Below are positions 37,224 to 46,495 of a stretch of 64,000 nt of DNA, in pieces. A program made the position numbers and the translations under genes. Positions within the stretch are counted from its first letter, which is position 1, and each line of letters opens with the position of its first letter. The DNA comes from a virus (taxonomy: Duplodnaviria > Caudoviricetes): positions 941 through 64,940 of IMG/VR virus record IMGVR_UViG_643348564_000006; one strand, given 5' to 3'. The notes under the pieces are model-generated. The model saw only the letters and a program-made list of their open reading frames with translations. It did no database searches and was not told the origin of the DNA.

Positions 37224-37760
37224 TCAAGCGGCATCCAGCTGATCGGGTGTGAATTCTACGGGCGTGATCCGCCCGAAGATCCGCACACCAGCCTTGATGA
37301 TTCCGTTCGACAGCACCTCCTCGACCTCGGCGAAGAAGCTCATGAACGGGCCGTTGATGATCCTCCGCATCTCGCCGACCTGGATCTTCGCGGCTTCGGT
37401 GCGGCGCCTACCCTCCTCGGTCTCGTCGCGGTTATGACCTGCCAGCCGATCGGCGAGGACCTGCAGTGCATCAGCCGGGAATGGCAGCGGCCTGTCGACG
37501 CCGAGCACGTCCAACACATGGTCGCAGTCGAACAGCACCGAGGTGCCCCGCCGCCGCATCGTCTCCTCGTCAAGGCCGGCGAAGACGTAGCTCGCGAAGA
37601 CCTTCTCGAAGTCATCGACCTTGCGCCCCCGCCGGACGGTCGTGACGCGGAAGAGCGGCAGCCAGGTATCGGCGCCCTCGCGCGCCAGGAGCTCCACGAC
37701 GCGGCGCTCCCGCGCCGGGCCGGTCTGGACGACGAACCAGGTCTTGGCTTGGTCGATCAT
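37224..37760 (-). CDS. NusG/RfaH-family transcription antiterminator
   Basis: WFVVQT..E..F.SYVF NGN domain; G...I..GPF..F...V..V.IFGR.TPV KOW domain; GGAGG before MIDQ. Confidence 0.88.
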   Translation of the reverse strand: MIDQAKTWFVVQTGPARERRVVELLAREGADTWLPLFRVTTVRRGRKVDDFEKVFASYVFAGLDEETMRRRGTSVLFDCDHVLDVLGVDRPLPFPADALQVLADRLAGHNRDETEEGRRRTEAAKIQVGEMRRIINGPFMSFFAEVEEVLSNGIIKAGVRIFGRITPVEFTPDQLDAA

Positions 37761-37865
37761 GCGACGTTCCTCCGTCCTGCGGCGCTTCCGGTTCCCACGC
37801 TTGCGGCTCATCTCGCGCCCCGATGGCTGGATCAGGCCGGCACCGCAGCGCCGGCCGATAGGGCC

Positions 37866-38300
37866 TCAGGCGGCGATCTTCGGAAGGCCGGTTCGGGCGC
37901 CATGCCGGCCCAACCCCGAGGCCTTAGCGAGTTCCGATCGATGCGCCGCGTAGTTCGCCGCGACCATCGGGTAGTCGACTGGCAGGCCCCACTTGGCCCG
38001 ATACTGCTCGGGCGTGAGGCCGCGACCGGCGAGGTGGCGCTCCAGGGTCCGGTACGGCTTGCCGTCCTCCAGCGAGATGATCGCGTCGGGCGTGACGGTC
38101 TTGCGGATCGGCACGGGCGGGACGAGGGCGGGCGCCTCGGGCTCGGCCGGTCGGCTCAGCGCCTCGAGCGCGCCATGCACCGAGGCGATGAGGCCGGGCA
38201 GCTCTGCAGGGGGAACGGCGGTGTGGGCGACGTAGGCGCCGACGATGCGGGCGGTCAGGCCGGCGTGGTGGTCGGGCGTGGTGGTGGGCGTGTCGGACAT
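37866..38300 (-). CDS. mucR: MucR/Ros-family regulator (zinc-less type)
   Basis: LTA.IV.AYV..ELP.LI.SVH.AL..I.SLEDGKPY.TL.RHL..GLTP.QYR.KWGLP.DYPMVA.NY..RSELAK..GLG. Confidence 0.93.
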   Translation of the reverse strand: MSDTPTTTPDHHAGLTARIVGAYVAHTAVPPAELPGLIASVHGALEALSRPAEPEAPALVPPVPIRKTVTPDAIISLEDGKPYRTLERHLAGRGLTPEQYRAKWGLPVDYPMVAANYAAHRSELAKASGLGRHGARTGLPKIAA

Positions 38301-38365
38301 GGTCGGTCTCCGGTGTGGGGCGGCTCGGCCGCCCGGGTTGGCCCGCGGTGGGGCGGGATTCGGGG

Positions 38366-39237
38366 TCAGTGCAGGCTCTGCGGCAGGAGGTTGGGTGGTA
38401 CGCGGCAGCCGGGCGCGCCAGGTGGTGGGCCAAGAGCGGATTCCGGCCAGCGCGTCGGATCCTCCTGCCAGTTCGCAATGGCCTTCTCAACACTACTTCG
38501 CGGCCAGACAAATCCGCCCCCGAAGTCTATTCGTGGCTCTCCATTCGGATCTTCGGTCCGATGTAGCGTTTTGCCGCTCGTTCGCGCTTCGGATAGTCGT
38601 TTATCGAAGTAACTCAAGGACCCGACGTCTGGCTTGCGGGCCAGCACTTCACGAACGACGGCAACGATCAACTCGGGCTCGTAACCCTGAGCCAGCCACA
38701 CCGCGACGCGGTTGGTGTCTGGCACAAGGCGCTGGGGGGCCAGTTCCTTGAACGCCTCAGCCACCCTCTTCCGGGTCTCGCGCGCGCAGCCAGCGCTAGC
38801 TGGCTTCTGGCTTCTGGCTTCTGGGTGTTAAGGCCCCCCTTATCCGGGGGGTTATCCCGGTCCGGAATTCCCTTTTGTTTTCTGAGGTTTGGGTTACCTC
38901 CCTTTTTGCCGTTTTCGCGCGAGATTTTCGCGCTCTTGGCCTCGCGGACCATGCGGCGGCTGTAGATCCTGCCGTGCCTGTCGCGGGTGAAGACGCCGTT
39001 CCGTGCTAGCTCGTCGAGAAGGATTTCCACCTCAGAGGCGTCACCGCCGGTCAGTCGGGCGATGTCTGATGCGATGAGGGGTCGGCCGTTCAAGACGACG
39101 TAGCCGGTCGGGTCGGCCGTCGCCGCAATGCAGAGCAGATCCATCCAGAGCCCGCGGGCGGCGTACGAAGACGCGCGCACGCCGGGGTCGGACAGCCAAT
39201 CGCTCCAGTACCACTTGCCATAGACGGTGCCGGTCAT
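38366..39237 (-). pseudogene. Replication initiator (DnaD/O-like), split by a frameshift at a 7-bp tandem repeat
   Basis: 5' ORF (WYWSDWLSD..AARGLW.DLLC..IYSRRM) and 3' ORF 38366..38764 (SLSYF) are in adjacent frames; adding one CAGAAGC unit gives a 292-aa ORF. Confidence 0.7.
38800..38823 (-). repeat. (CAGAAGC)x3 + CAG tandem repeat
   Basis: Read directly from sequence: plus strand ctggcttctggcttctggcttctg. Confidence 0.95.
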
Positions 39238-39755
39238 GTGGTCGGCACCTCCGTCATGCGGGCAAGGCACCAATCGAGCGCCTCACACGCGCACCGCACC
39301 GGATCCCGGTAGACCTCCGAGCCGGTGAAGCGCATCACCACACAGCCGCGCGCCTGCAGCGCACGGTCGCGGGATCGATCTCGAGCGGCTTGCTCCTTGG
39401 TCCGCTCATGAAACTCATGGCCGTCGCACTCGACGACGACCCGGAACACAGCGCCGTCCTCGATGCGCTGAACCGACAGGAGGAAGTCGGCCGGCCAGTC
39501 GAGTACCCGCACCTGCCGGCCGAGCAGCAAGTAACCGCGATGATTGAAGTCTGCGGCGTCAGGCACCCGGTCGCAGCCACCAAGGCCGAGCTGCTCATAT
39601 TTCGGAACGTGCGCGCACAGGCCGAGGATTGCCGCCAGGAACAGCCGCTCAATCGGGCTGTCTATTGAACGAGCAGATCCGTCGAACGAGGAGCGGATTT
39701 CCGCCTCGACCATCTCGGCGATCTGGGTGGCGAGCTTGTCGATGCCGAACGCCAT
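39234..39755 (-). CDS. DUF559/Vsr-like endonuclease domain protein
   Basis: ESP.E-like SPIE..ADF..VVECDGHEFH..RD..RD..L...G..V.RFTGSEV. Confidence 0.85.
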   Translation of the reverse strand: MAFGIDKLATQIAEMVEAEIRSSFDGSARSIDSPIERLFLAAILGLCAHVPKYEQLGLGGCDRVPDAADFNHRGYLLLGRQVRVLDWPADFLLSVQRIEDGAVFRVVVECDGHEFHERTKEQAARDRSRDRALQARGCVVMRFTGSEVYRDPVRCACEALDWCLARMTEVPTT

Positions 39756-39758
39756 CGC

Positions 39759-41198
39759 TCACCACCGCTGCACATCGCGCACGGCCGAGCGCGCGACGCT
39801 GCACCAGAGCTCGACATTGCCGGTCGGCCCGAGGCGGTTCTTGCCCAGACCAAGATGCAGCACATGCTCCTGCTGTGCGGCCCGGTCGACAATCACGGGG
39901 TCACCGTCCCTGAAGCCCGGGGAATTCACGGTGTAGTAGTGCGGGCGGTAGAGCAGTCCGACCACGTCGGCGTGCTCCTCGATGTTCCCGGAATCGCGCA
40001 GGTCGGACATCAGCGGGCGCTTGTCCTCGCGCCCCTCCACACCGCGGTTCAACTGCGCCAACAGCACGACGCACACGCCGAGCTTCTTTGCCATCTCCTT
40101 GCAGGCGAGCGCGATCTCGCCGACCTCGTCTACCTTCTGCCCGCGGTAGCGATCGCTCGGACACACGAGGCCGAGGTAGTCGATCACGACGACGCCGAGC
40201 GGCGTGCCCGCCTTCCGGAAGTGGTCCTGGACAGCTTTCGCCCGCGCCGCGATCTGGGCGATGGTCAGCCCGGATTCGGCATCGAGGTGGAGCGGCAGGC
40301 GCTCCAGGGTGAGTGCCGCGGTCTGGATGCGCTCAACGTCGCCGTCGGTGAGTTCCTGACCCGCGAGGATGTCGCGATAGGCCAGCGGGTACTGCGACCG
40401 AGCGAGCATATCGGCGATGCATCGCGCGCCCAGCTCCTCATCATCGATTTCGAGACTGAAGAAAGCCGCGCCAGCCCCGCTCTTGGCGCTTCGACGCGCG
40501 ATCCCGAGGCCGAGGATCGTCTTCCCCATGCCGGGCCTGCCGGCGAGAACGATCAACCGGCCCGCTCGCAGTCCGCCGCCAATGGCGCGATCGATGTCCT
40601 TGAAGCCGCTCGTCGGCACCGGGGAGGACGTCCCGCTGCGCGCGGCCGCGATCGCTGCCAGCAGTGTGTCCGTGATCTGCTGCAAGCCCTTCCGCGGCGC
40701 CGTGAGGCGCGACACGTCAAGCCGGATCTCTTGCAGCTTGGCCTCGACCTCGTCGATGATCTCGTCGGAGGTCACCTCCACGCCGCCGAACCGGGCGCGC
40801 TCCTCCATCCGTCGAGCGGCCTTGATGAGGTCGCGGCGGGTGGCGAGCGAGCGGATGATCTGGGCGTAGCCGGGTGCCCCAGACACGGTGGACGCCTCGG
40901 CCGAGAGGCGGGCGAGGTACTGGCTCACCGTCATGCCGCCGAGATCGGCGTCGCCCAGGTAGGGTTTCAGCGTCAGCGCATTGGCATTGAGGCCGGCGCT
41001 CACCATGGCCGCGACCTGCTGGAAGATCGTGGCGTGCTCCGGCACGAAGAAGTGCTCGGGGCCAACGAGTACCGAGACGAGCGCCAGCGCGTCGTTGTTG
41101 ACCAGGATTGCGCCAAGCAGGGCCTGCTCGGTCTCCACACTGTGCGGGAGCGTCTCGTCGAGCGCAGGCGCTGCGAAGGGGACGATGCGGCCACTCAT
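39759..41198 (-). CDS. dnaB: Replicative DNA helicase, DnaB-like
   Basis: PHS.E.EQALLG, AGRPGMGKT, FFSLE, VIDYL, LAQLNR.VE.R..KRP..SDLRDSG.IE..AD, KNR.GP.G. Confidence 0.96.
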   Translation of the reverse strand: MSGRIVPFAAPALDETLPHSVETEQALLGAILVNNDALALVSVLVGPEHFFVPEHATIFQQVAAMVSAGLNANALTLKPYLGDADLGGMTVSQYLARLSAEASTVSGAPGYAQIIRSLATRRDLIKAARRMEERARFGGVEVTSDEIIDEVEAKLQEIRLDVSRLTAPRKGLQQITDTLLAAIAAARSGTSSPVPTSGFKDIDRAIGGGLRAGRLIVLAGRPGMGKTILGLGIARRSAKSGAGAAFFSLEIDDEELGARCIADMLARSQYPLAYRDILAGQELTDGDVERIQTAALTLERLPLHLDAESGLTIAQIAARAKAVQDHFRKAGTPLGVVVIDYLGLVCPSDRYRGQKVDEVGEIALACKEMAKKLGVCVVLLAQLNRGVEGREDKRPLMSDLRDSGNIEEHADVVGLLYRPHYYTVNSPGFRDGDPVIVDRAAQQEHVLHLGLGKNRLGPTGNVELWCSVARSAVRDVQRW

Positions 41199-41383
41199 CG
41201 CCGCCCCCGCTCGTTCTCAAGCTCGCGGCTCACCGCCATCCACGCGTCGAAGGCCTCGACAGCGACGCGCATGTCGACGAGCCGCCCTGAGGACTGAGCG
41301 CGCTGCAGAGAGGCGCGAAAGGCGTCGTACGCCTCGCGCTCACGGGCGTCCGGCCGCGGGCAGAGATGGATAACCTCACCCAT
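41195..41383 (-). CDS. Small hypothetical protein
   Basis: 62 aa, MGEVIHLCP; coupled to dnaB. Confidence 0.55.
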   Translation of the reverse strand: MGEVIHLCPRPDAREREAYDAFRASLQRAQSSGRLVDMRVAVEAFDAWMAVSRELENERGRR

Positions 41384-41717
41384 GGCGGCGCTCCGCCGTC
41401 TGGCGAGCAGCCTCGGCTGCCGCCTCGAGCTCCTCGATGCGGCCGTGGATCATCCGGCGCACCTCGCGCTCTCCGCCGGGCAGGAAGGCCGCGAGTTTCG
41501 CCAGATCCGCAACAAGGTGCGCGGCGTCCTCAAGCGCGTCCGGAATGTCGATCCACGCCCAGTGGTCCGGCAGCTTGAAGGTCGGGTTGTCGGCGAAGCG
41601 GCCGAGATAGGACCAATACCCGAGCGGGTGGCGCAGGATGGCGAAGGCCATGCACTCGGCCATGCGCGCGAGCGGCACGGGCCGGGTCGGATGCTTCGGG
41701 TTGTAGGGCTCGGCCAT
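41376..41717 (-). CDS. Hypothetical protein
   Basis: MAEPYNPKHPTRP start with GGAGG; 113 aa. Confidence 0.6.
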   Translation of the reverse strand: MAEPYNPKHPTRPVPLARMAECMAFAILRHPLGYWSYLGRFADNPTFKLPDHWAWIDIPDALEDAAHLVADLAKLAAFLPGGEREVRRMIHGRIEELEAAAEAARQTAERRHG

Positions 41718-42077
41718 GGTCAGGCCTCCGCCAAAGCGAGCAGCGGGGCATCCGCCTGAACGCCGTAGCGGCGGGCATCGTCCGGGCGCGTGCAGCGGGC
41801 TCGGGTCCCGGGCGGGATCCAGGTGAACTCCGCGCGTGGCGAGCGATTGCGGAGAAGCCACACGCACCACGCATACGAGGTCGCCGTCGTGGCAGACGGA
41901 TCCCATCGGCCTTTCGTCATGGCCACGCGCTCGCAGAATTGCGCCACGATGGTCGGCGGGCGCTCGGCGAACAGGCGGCGGTGGCGCTCGCCACCTTCCA
42001 GCCAGGACGTCCTGACCAAGACGGCGACCCCGCGCGTGGCAATCGCCAGCCCCCTCTCCACGAAATCGACCGCCTTA

Positions 42078-43001
42078 GAGTCCGTTGGGAAAGGGTGGCC
42101 AAGAGAAAATGCGGGATGATAGAGCATGTCTGCTCGTCTCGAATGGATGAATGGCCCCTCCTTGGTCTGGACCGCTGCAAATCGGCCGCGCTATGATCGT
42201 CGCAGCCAGAGATACCCGAGTGATATGACGAACGACGAGTGGCTCACCCTGGAGCCACTGCTTCCTGTCGCGGAGGGGATCGGGCGGCCCCGGACCTATC
42301 CTATTCGGGACATCATGAACGGCATCCGCTACGTGCAGCGGTACGGCATTCCCTGGGATGCCATGCCAAAGGATCTGCCGCCCGCCAGTCTCTGCTACGA
42401 TTACTGGCGGTTGCTCACCGATGGCGGCCACATGGACCGGATCAACCATCATCTCGTGATGAGGGATCGTGAGAAGTCCGGGAAAGAAGCCAGTCCAACG
42501 CTGGCGATTGTGGATGCCCAGGCGGTGAAGTGTGACGCCCCGCAAGGCGAGCGCGGGTACGATGCGGCGAAACAAGTGCTGGGGCGCAAGCGGCATCTGG
42601 CGGTCGACAGCGACGGACGCCTGCTTGCGGTGATGATCACTCCGGCCAACGTTCAGGATCAAGAGGGCGGGATCCCGCTCGTCAAGCGCTTGGTTCGTCT
42701 CTGTCCCTGGATCAAGACAATCGTGGTGGACGGTGGGTACAAGGCCCGTTTCATTGAGGCGGTTCAGGCTGGCACGAGCCGTGTCGTGGAAGTGGTCGTA
42801 CGGCCGCAATTTGGGAAGGGCTTTGTGCTTCTGCCGAAACGATGGCGGATTGAGCAAAGCATCGGCGCTCTCACGGTGTCGCGCCGTCTCAAGCTGGATT
42901 ACGATACGCTGCTTCACATCTCGGCGGCGGCTATGCTTTTCGCCTCTATAACTCGGCTTCTCGCGTCAATCACTATGAAATGACCCTTTCCCAACGGACT
43001 C
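42078..43001 (+). mobile_element. IS5-family (IS1031-like) insertion sequence, 924 bp, TTA duplication
   Basis: Perfect 19-bp IRs GAGTCCGTTGGGAAAGGGT; TTA at 42075-77 and 43002-04. Confidence 0.95.
42126..42983 (+). CDS. IS5-family transposase
   Basis: YPSDMT..EW..LEPLLP, W..MPKD.PP, IVDAQ.VK, GYDAAK...GRKRH.AVD, VDGGY, RWRIE. Confidence 0.95.
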   Translation: MSARLEWMNGPSLVWTAANRPRYDRRSQRYPSDMTNDEWLTLEPLLPVAEGIGRPRTYPIRDIMNGIRYVQRYGIPWDAMPKDLPPASLCYDYWRLLTDGGHMDRINHHLVMRDREKSGKEASPTLAIVDAQAVKCDAPQGERGYDAAKQVLGRKRHLAVDSDGRLLAVMITPANVQDQEGGIPLVKRLVRLCPWIKTIVVDGGYKARFIEAVQAGTSRVVEVVVRPQFGKGFVLLPKRWRIEQSIGALTVSRRLKLDYDTLLHISAAAMLFASITRLLASITMK

Positions 43002-43320
43002 TTAGAGAAGGGCGGGTTCGTCACCACGAAGGCTGGCCGCAGCGCGCTCTCGCCCTCCTGAAGGAAGTCATGGACGCGGAAGCCGCGCCCATAATCGAAG
43101 ATGTCGCTCGCCTCGACGTGCTGGAAATACTCGCCCAGCGGCCCGACCATGTGGCCCTGTCCGCAGGCGGGCTCCCATGCGTGGAGCGCGTAAAGCGGGA
43201 TCTCGCGAGCCCGCAGCAGCTCGCAGAGCGCGCGAGTAGACCAGGGAGGCGTCGGGAAAAACTCTAAGCTGTCAGGCGGCTCGCGCCGGCTCGCCATCAC
43301 CGCTCGGTGGTCGCGCGTCT

Positions 43321-43965
43321 TCATGCGGCCCTCAGCGGTCGGGCGCCGAGGGGACCGGCCAGGAAGCGGCCGGCGTGCCGAGGAGCACGGCCGCAATATG
43401 CCTGCTGTGCCTCCGCCGCGCCGAGGAGCAGCGATTCCGGCACGTCGACATGCGCCCACGCTGTTCGCGCAAGCACCTTGTTCACCGAATTGCGGTTCAT
43501 ACCGAAGAGGTCAGCAATCTCCTCTCCCGTAAGGCCGCGTCGGCGAAGCACGAAGATGGCGATAACCTCATGCTCGTCGACGAGCCTCGCCGATCTGTGT
43601 TTCTCGCCGAGGAGATCGCGGCCGTGCAGTCTCCGGTCGGCGGCGTTCTCCTTCGCCGTTCCCCATGCGAGATTTTCCGGGACATTGTTCAGCGGATCGC
43701 CATTGAGATGGCGCGGGATCGCGCCCACAAACGGCGATGGGCCGTGGAACGCCTCGCAGATGAGTCGATGAAAACCGACCGCGAGCCTCTTACCCTTGGG
43801 CTGCCCGAAGGTGGTCTGCAGGTAGCGATATCCATTGCTGAACACCGTTCCCTTGATCTGGAGCGGCTTGCCATCCGCACAGGCCGAGCTGACGCGCCGG
43901 AGGTTGCCGAGGGAGGATGCCTCATAGATCGGCAGCGAGGGGACGAGGCGCCATTCCTCCTTCAT
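43321..43965 (-). CDS. NUMOD4-HNH homing endonuclease
   Basis: EEWR.VP...YEASSLG..R; HRL.CEAF.G..HLNGDP.NN..NL.WGT.KEN. Confidence 0.9.
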   Translation of the reverse strand: MKEEWRLVPSLPIYEASSLGNLRRVSSACADGKPLQIKGTVFSNGYRYLQTTFGQPKGKRLAVGFHRLICEAFHGPSPFVGAIPRHLNGDPLNNVPENLAWGTAKENAADRRLHGRDLLGEKHRSARLVDEHEVIAIFVLRRRGLTGEEIADLFGMNRNSVNKVLARTAWAHVDVPESLLLGAAEAQQAYCGRAPRHAGRFLAGPLGARPLRAA

Positions 43966-44480
43966 GCGACACCTGCCCGGGCAAGACCACCGACGGCAAA
44001 TCGAGAGGCAAAGCGCGGCGCTTCCTGATGAACCGAGAAGGCCCAAAGCCCGAGCGCGTCAGCTTCATCCGAGGTCTTCGGCGCCCAGCCGAACCGGCGA
44101 GCGGCTGCGATCATGGCCTCCTTGTCTGCGCGCCCTGACCCCGCGAAGAACTTCTTCACGCTCTGAAGGTGCGCCTCCTTGCAGCGCACCTCCCGCACCC
44201 TGCACACGAACTCGGTGTGCCAAGCCAATCCGGTGAGCTTGCGCGCAGTGGCGAGCGTGGTCTGGCCGGCGAGGATCGGTGCCTCGAACACGATCAGCGC
44301 CGGGTTTTCCAGCGTGATCATGTCGAGCAGCCACGTGTTGAAGGCGTCTGCGAAGCGCCCGATGTCCTCGCCTGTCGAGGGCAGGACCTTCGTCCCGTAG
44401 GTCGGTTCCGACCCGGGCGCGCCGCAGGCCCAGCCGCAGCGCGTGGCGAGGTCGAGAGTGAGGATCTTGCGCAGGGCCAT
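43962..44480 (-). CDS. RuvC-like Holliday junction resolvase
   Basis: ILTLDLAT..GWA, IVFEAP, VKKFF.GSGRADK..M, DEADAL. Confidence 0.85.
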   Translation of the reverse strand: MALRKILTLDLATRCGWACGAPGSEPTYGTKVLPSTGEDIGRFADAFNTWLLDMITLENPALIVFEAPILAGQTTLATARKLTGLAWHTEFVCRVREVRCKEAHLQSVKKFFAGSGRADKEAMIAAARRFGWAPKTSDEADALGLWAFSVHQEAPRFASRFAVGGLARAGVA

Positions 44481-44483
44481 GGC

Positions 44484-44918
44484 TCAGTGCACCGCCTCGG
44501 CCGAGCCGCCCCGCTTCCGACCGGAGCCAGTGGGCTTGATGCCCTCCTTGATCGCCTCGGCGTTCGCCTTCGCGGTTGCGGCGCCCTCGTCCGCCGGCTC
44601 CTCCGCCCCGGTCTCACCGGTCTCGTCGTCTTCGAACATGTCGAGCTGGGCGTTGAACCCGAGCTTGTTGCAATAGTCGCGGAACGAGCGGATGAAATCG
44701 GCGCGCTTGTCCGGCTCCATGCGATTGCATTGCAGGGCCAGCTTGAAGGCTTTGCGGTTGATACCGTGCGTCTCCTCGGCATCCTTGATCAGCGCTCCGA
44801 GTTCGCCGCGGGACTCGTCCATGTCGGACTTCAGCCCGTCGCACCGGCTGATCAGGGTCTTCAGCACCTCATGATGCACGCCGGTCTTGCCACCGGCCTT
44901 GCTCATCCTCTCCGCCAC
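44484..44918 (-). CDS. GapR/DUF2312-like nucleoid-associated protein with acidic tail
   Basis: LKTLISRCDGLKSD..IKDAE..GINRKAFK..M...R..F..Y..LG pattern recalls GapR. Confidence 0.55.
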   Translation of the reverse strand: MAERMSKAGGKTGVHHEVLKTLISRCDGLKSDMDESRGELGALIKDAEETHGINRKAFKLALQCNRMEPDKRADFIRSFRDYCNKLGFNAQLDMFEDDETGETGAEEPADEGAATAKANAEAIKEGIKPTGSGRKRGGSAEAVH

Positions 44919-45013
44919 GACGTCGCTCCACGGTTGGGCGGCGCCGGGCCGCCAGGGTTATTCAGGAATCGGAGGTCTCATCGGCCCAGCCGGCAGGGGA
45001 GCGCTCGACGCGC

Positions 45014-45490
45014 TCAGCCACGGCTCACCGCCTCCGGCGATCGAACCGCTCCAGCCGGCGCTCTCGCTGCCAGAGGCGCGGGAACCAGTCGCGCGAGGGC
45101 CTCCCGGACCCGCTCCAGATCCGCTTCCACCTCCGCAACCGCACGCAGATCGACGTCCAGGCCGGCGAGATGAGCGACCTCAAGCTCATGGGTGAGCGCC
45201 TTCAACTCGTGCTGCAGGTCGGCGATGACGCGGGCGCGGAGGCGCCGGAACAGCCAGGACCGGACGCCCTTGGTCCGGCCCTCGCTGACGTTGCGGATCA
45301 TCCCGGCGGTGGTGGCGCCGCCGACTTCGCGGGCCACCTGTTCTCGGACCTCGTCGATGGGGCGCCCGAGACGTGCTGCGGTCTGGCGTTCAAGGCGACG
45401 CGTCCACGCCTGCGCGAGGCTGTCGTCGTCGATCTCCATGGCGATCGAGAGGGCGGCTACCACTTTTTGGCGCTCCGACTTCCTGAACAT
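45014..45490 (-). CDS. Hypothetical regulator (CII-like position)
   Basis: 158 aa helical with an HTH-like AREVG..TAGMIRN segment. Confidence 0.55.
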   Translation of the reverse strand: MFRKSERQKVVAALSIAMEIDDDSLAQAWTRRLERQTAARLGRPIDEVREQVAREVGGATTAGMIRNVSEGRTKGVRSWLFRRLRARVIADLQHELKALTHELEVAHLAGLDVDLRAVAEVEADLERVREALARLVPAPLAARAPAGAVRSPEAVSRG

Positions 45491-45706
45491 GGGGGCTCGT
45501 CCGTGCTTCTTCTTGGGCGAAGAGACGGGGGCCACACATGAGGAGGGTTGAGACCAAACGCAGATACGCAGGCGCGACCGGCTTTGCTTGCCGGCTTGTG
45601 ACGGTCGCGCAGAAGAGGAGCGCCCGCGCCAGGGTCGTGATCTGGAAGGGAGTACAAGGCGCGGGCGCACATGCCGCCGAACGCGGCACGTCGGAATTGC
45701 GGCCCC

Positions 45707-45740
45707 AAAAAGCCCCCCTCTCCGCACGGGGAGAGGGGGT
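45707..45740 (-). terminator. Rho-independent terminator in the cro-led operon
   Basis: 10-bp stem CCCCCTCTCC/GGAGAGGGGG followed by T5 on minus strand. Confidence 0.65.
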
Positions 45741-46015
45741 CAGACAGGGAGGAATCGCCCACGAGGGGCCTCGGGGCGCGGGCTGGGTGGCCGGCGCGAA
45801 CGGAATGGGTGCGCCCAGCCAGCGACAGGTCTCGAAGCCGGCTGGGCGCTTGGCGGTCTCTCCCGCCCGTCACGTCGGTAGGGCGACGTTCACCGCGGCT
45901 GCTACTCGCACCTCCTTGAGGAGGGTTCCCCCGACGTTTCCCGGCGTCTGCGCCACCCTCGAAGCGCCCCCCCGTCTCGTATGCCCGAGCGGGCATGTTG
46001 GTTGAGGACGCCATG

Positions 46016-46495
46016 TCAGCGCCCTCTCTGTGCGGCGATCGCCGCCACGGCCTCGACCGGGCCGACGCCGAACACCATCGCGATGTCGTCGAGGGTCAGC
46101 CCGGCGGCGTGGGCCGCAGCGATCCGGCGGGCATCGGCCGGCATCGGACCGGCAATGCGGACGCGAGCGCGCAGAGCGTGAATGGCACGCGCGAGGCATG
46201 CCGCAATTCTCTCGGGCTTGCCCTGGTTCGCGGCTCGCAGGGCGGCCAGTTGATCGTGAGCCTGCTCCGTCCGGATGCGCGTCCAGCTCGAATTCGCGTT
46301 GCCCAGCACCGACGCCTCGGACCGCGTCCGCAGACGGACGCCGCATCGGCGACGCAGCGCGCGAGCGACGCGGCCTTTGCTAACCTGATGAAGGGCGGCG
46401 ACCTGACCCACGGTGGCGCCGGCTTCATAGGCCGCCGCGAAGGCGTCCGAGAGCGGATCCACCTGAAGCGGACGAAGCCGTGCGGGGCCCGTCAT
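46016..46495 (-). CDS. Double HTH DNA-binding protein
   Basis: YEAGATV.QVAA...VS...V.RAL and HAAGLTLDDIA..FGV segments. Confidence 0.65.
   Translation of the reverse strand: MTGPARLRPLQVDPLSDAFAAAYEAGATVGQVAALHQVSKGRVARALRRRCGVRLRTRSEASVLGNANSSWTRIRTEQAHDQLAALRAANQGKPERIAACLARAIHALRARVRIAGPMPADARRIAAAHAAGLTLDDIAMVFGVGPVEAVAAIAAQRGR

Larger units (their letters stand above)
41720..43324 (-). pseudogene. Amino-type (N6A/N4C) DNA methyltransferase interrupted by IS5-family element
   Basis: FFPTPPW..WEPACGQG..TNPPFS|KAVDFVERGL..; removing the IS and one TTA gives a 225-aa ORF. Confidence 0.88.

Noticed and set aside
45390-46014. Several overlapping ORFs in the 45.5-46.0 kb gap
   Set aside because: Pro/Arg/Gly-rich, no consistent RBS or coupling; the region contains a terminator and is probably regulatory
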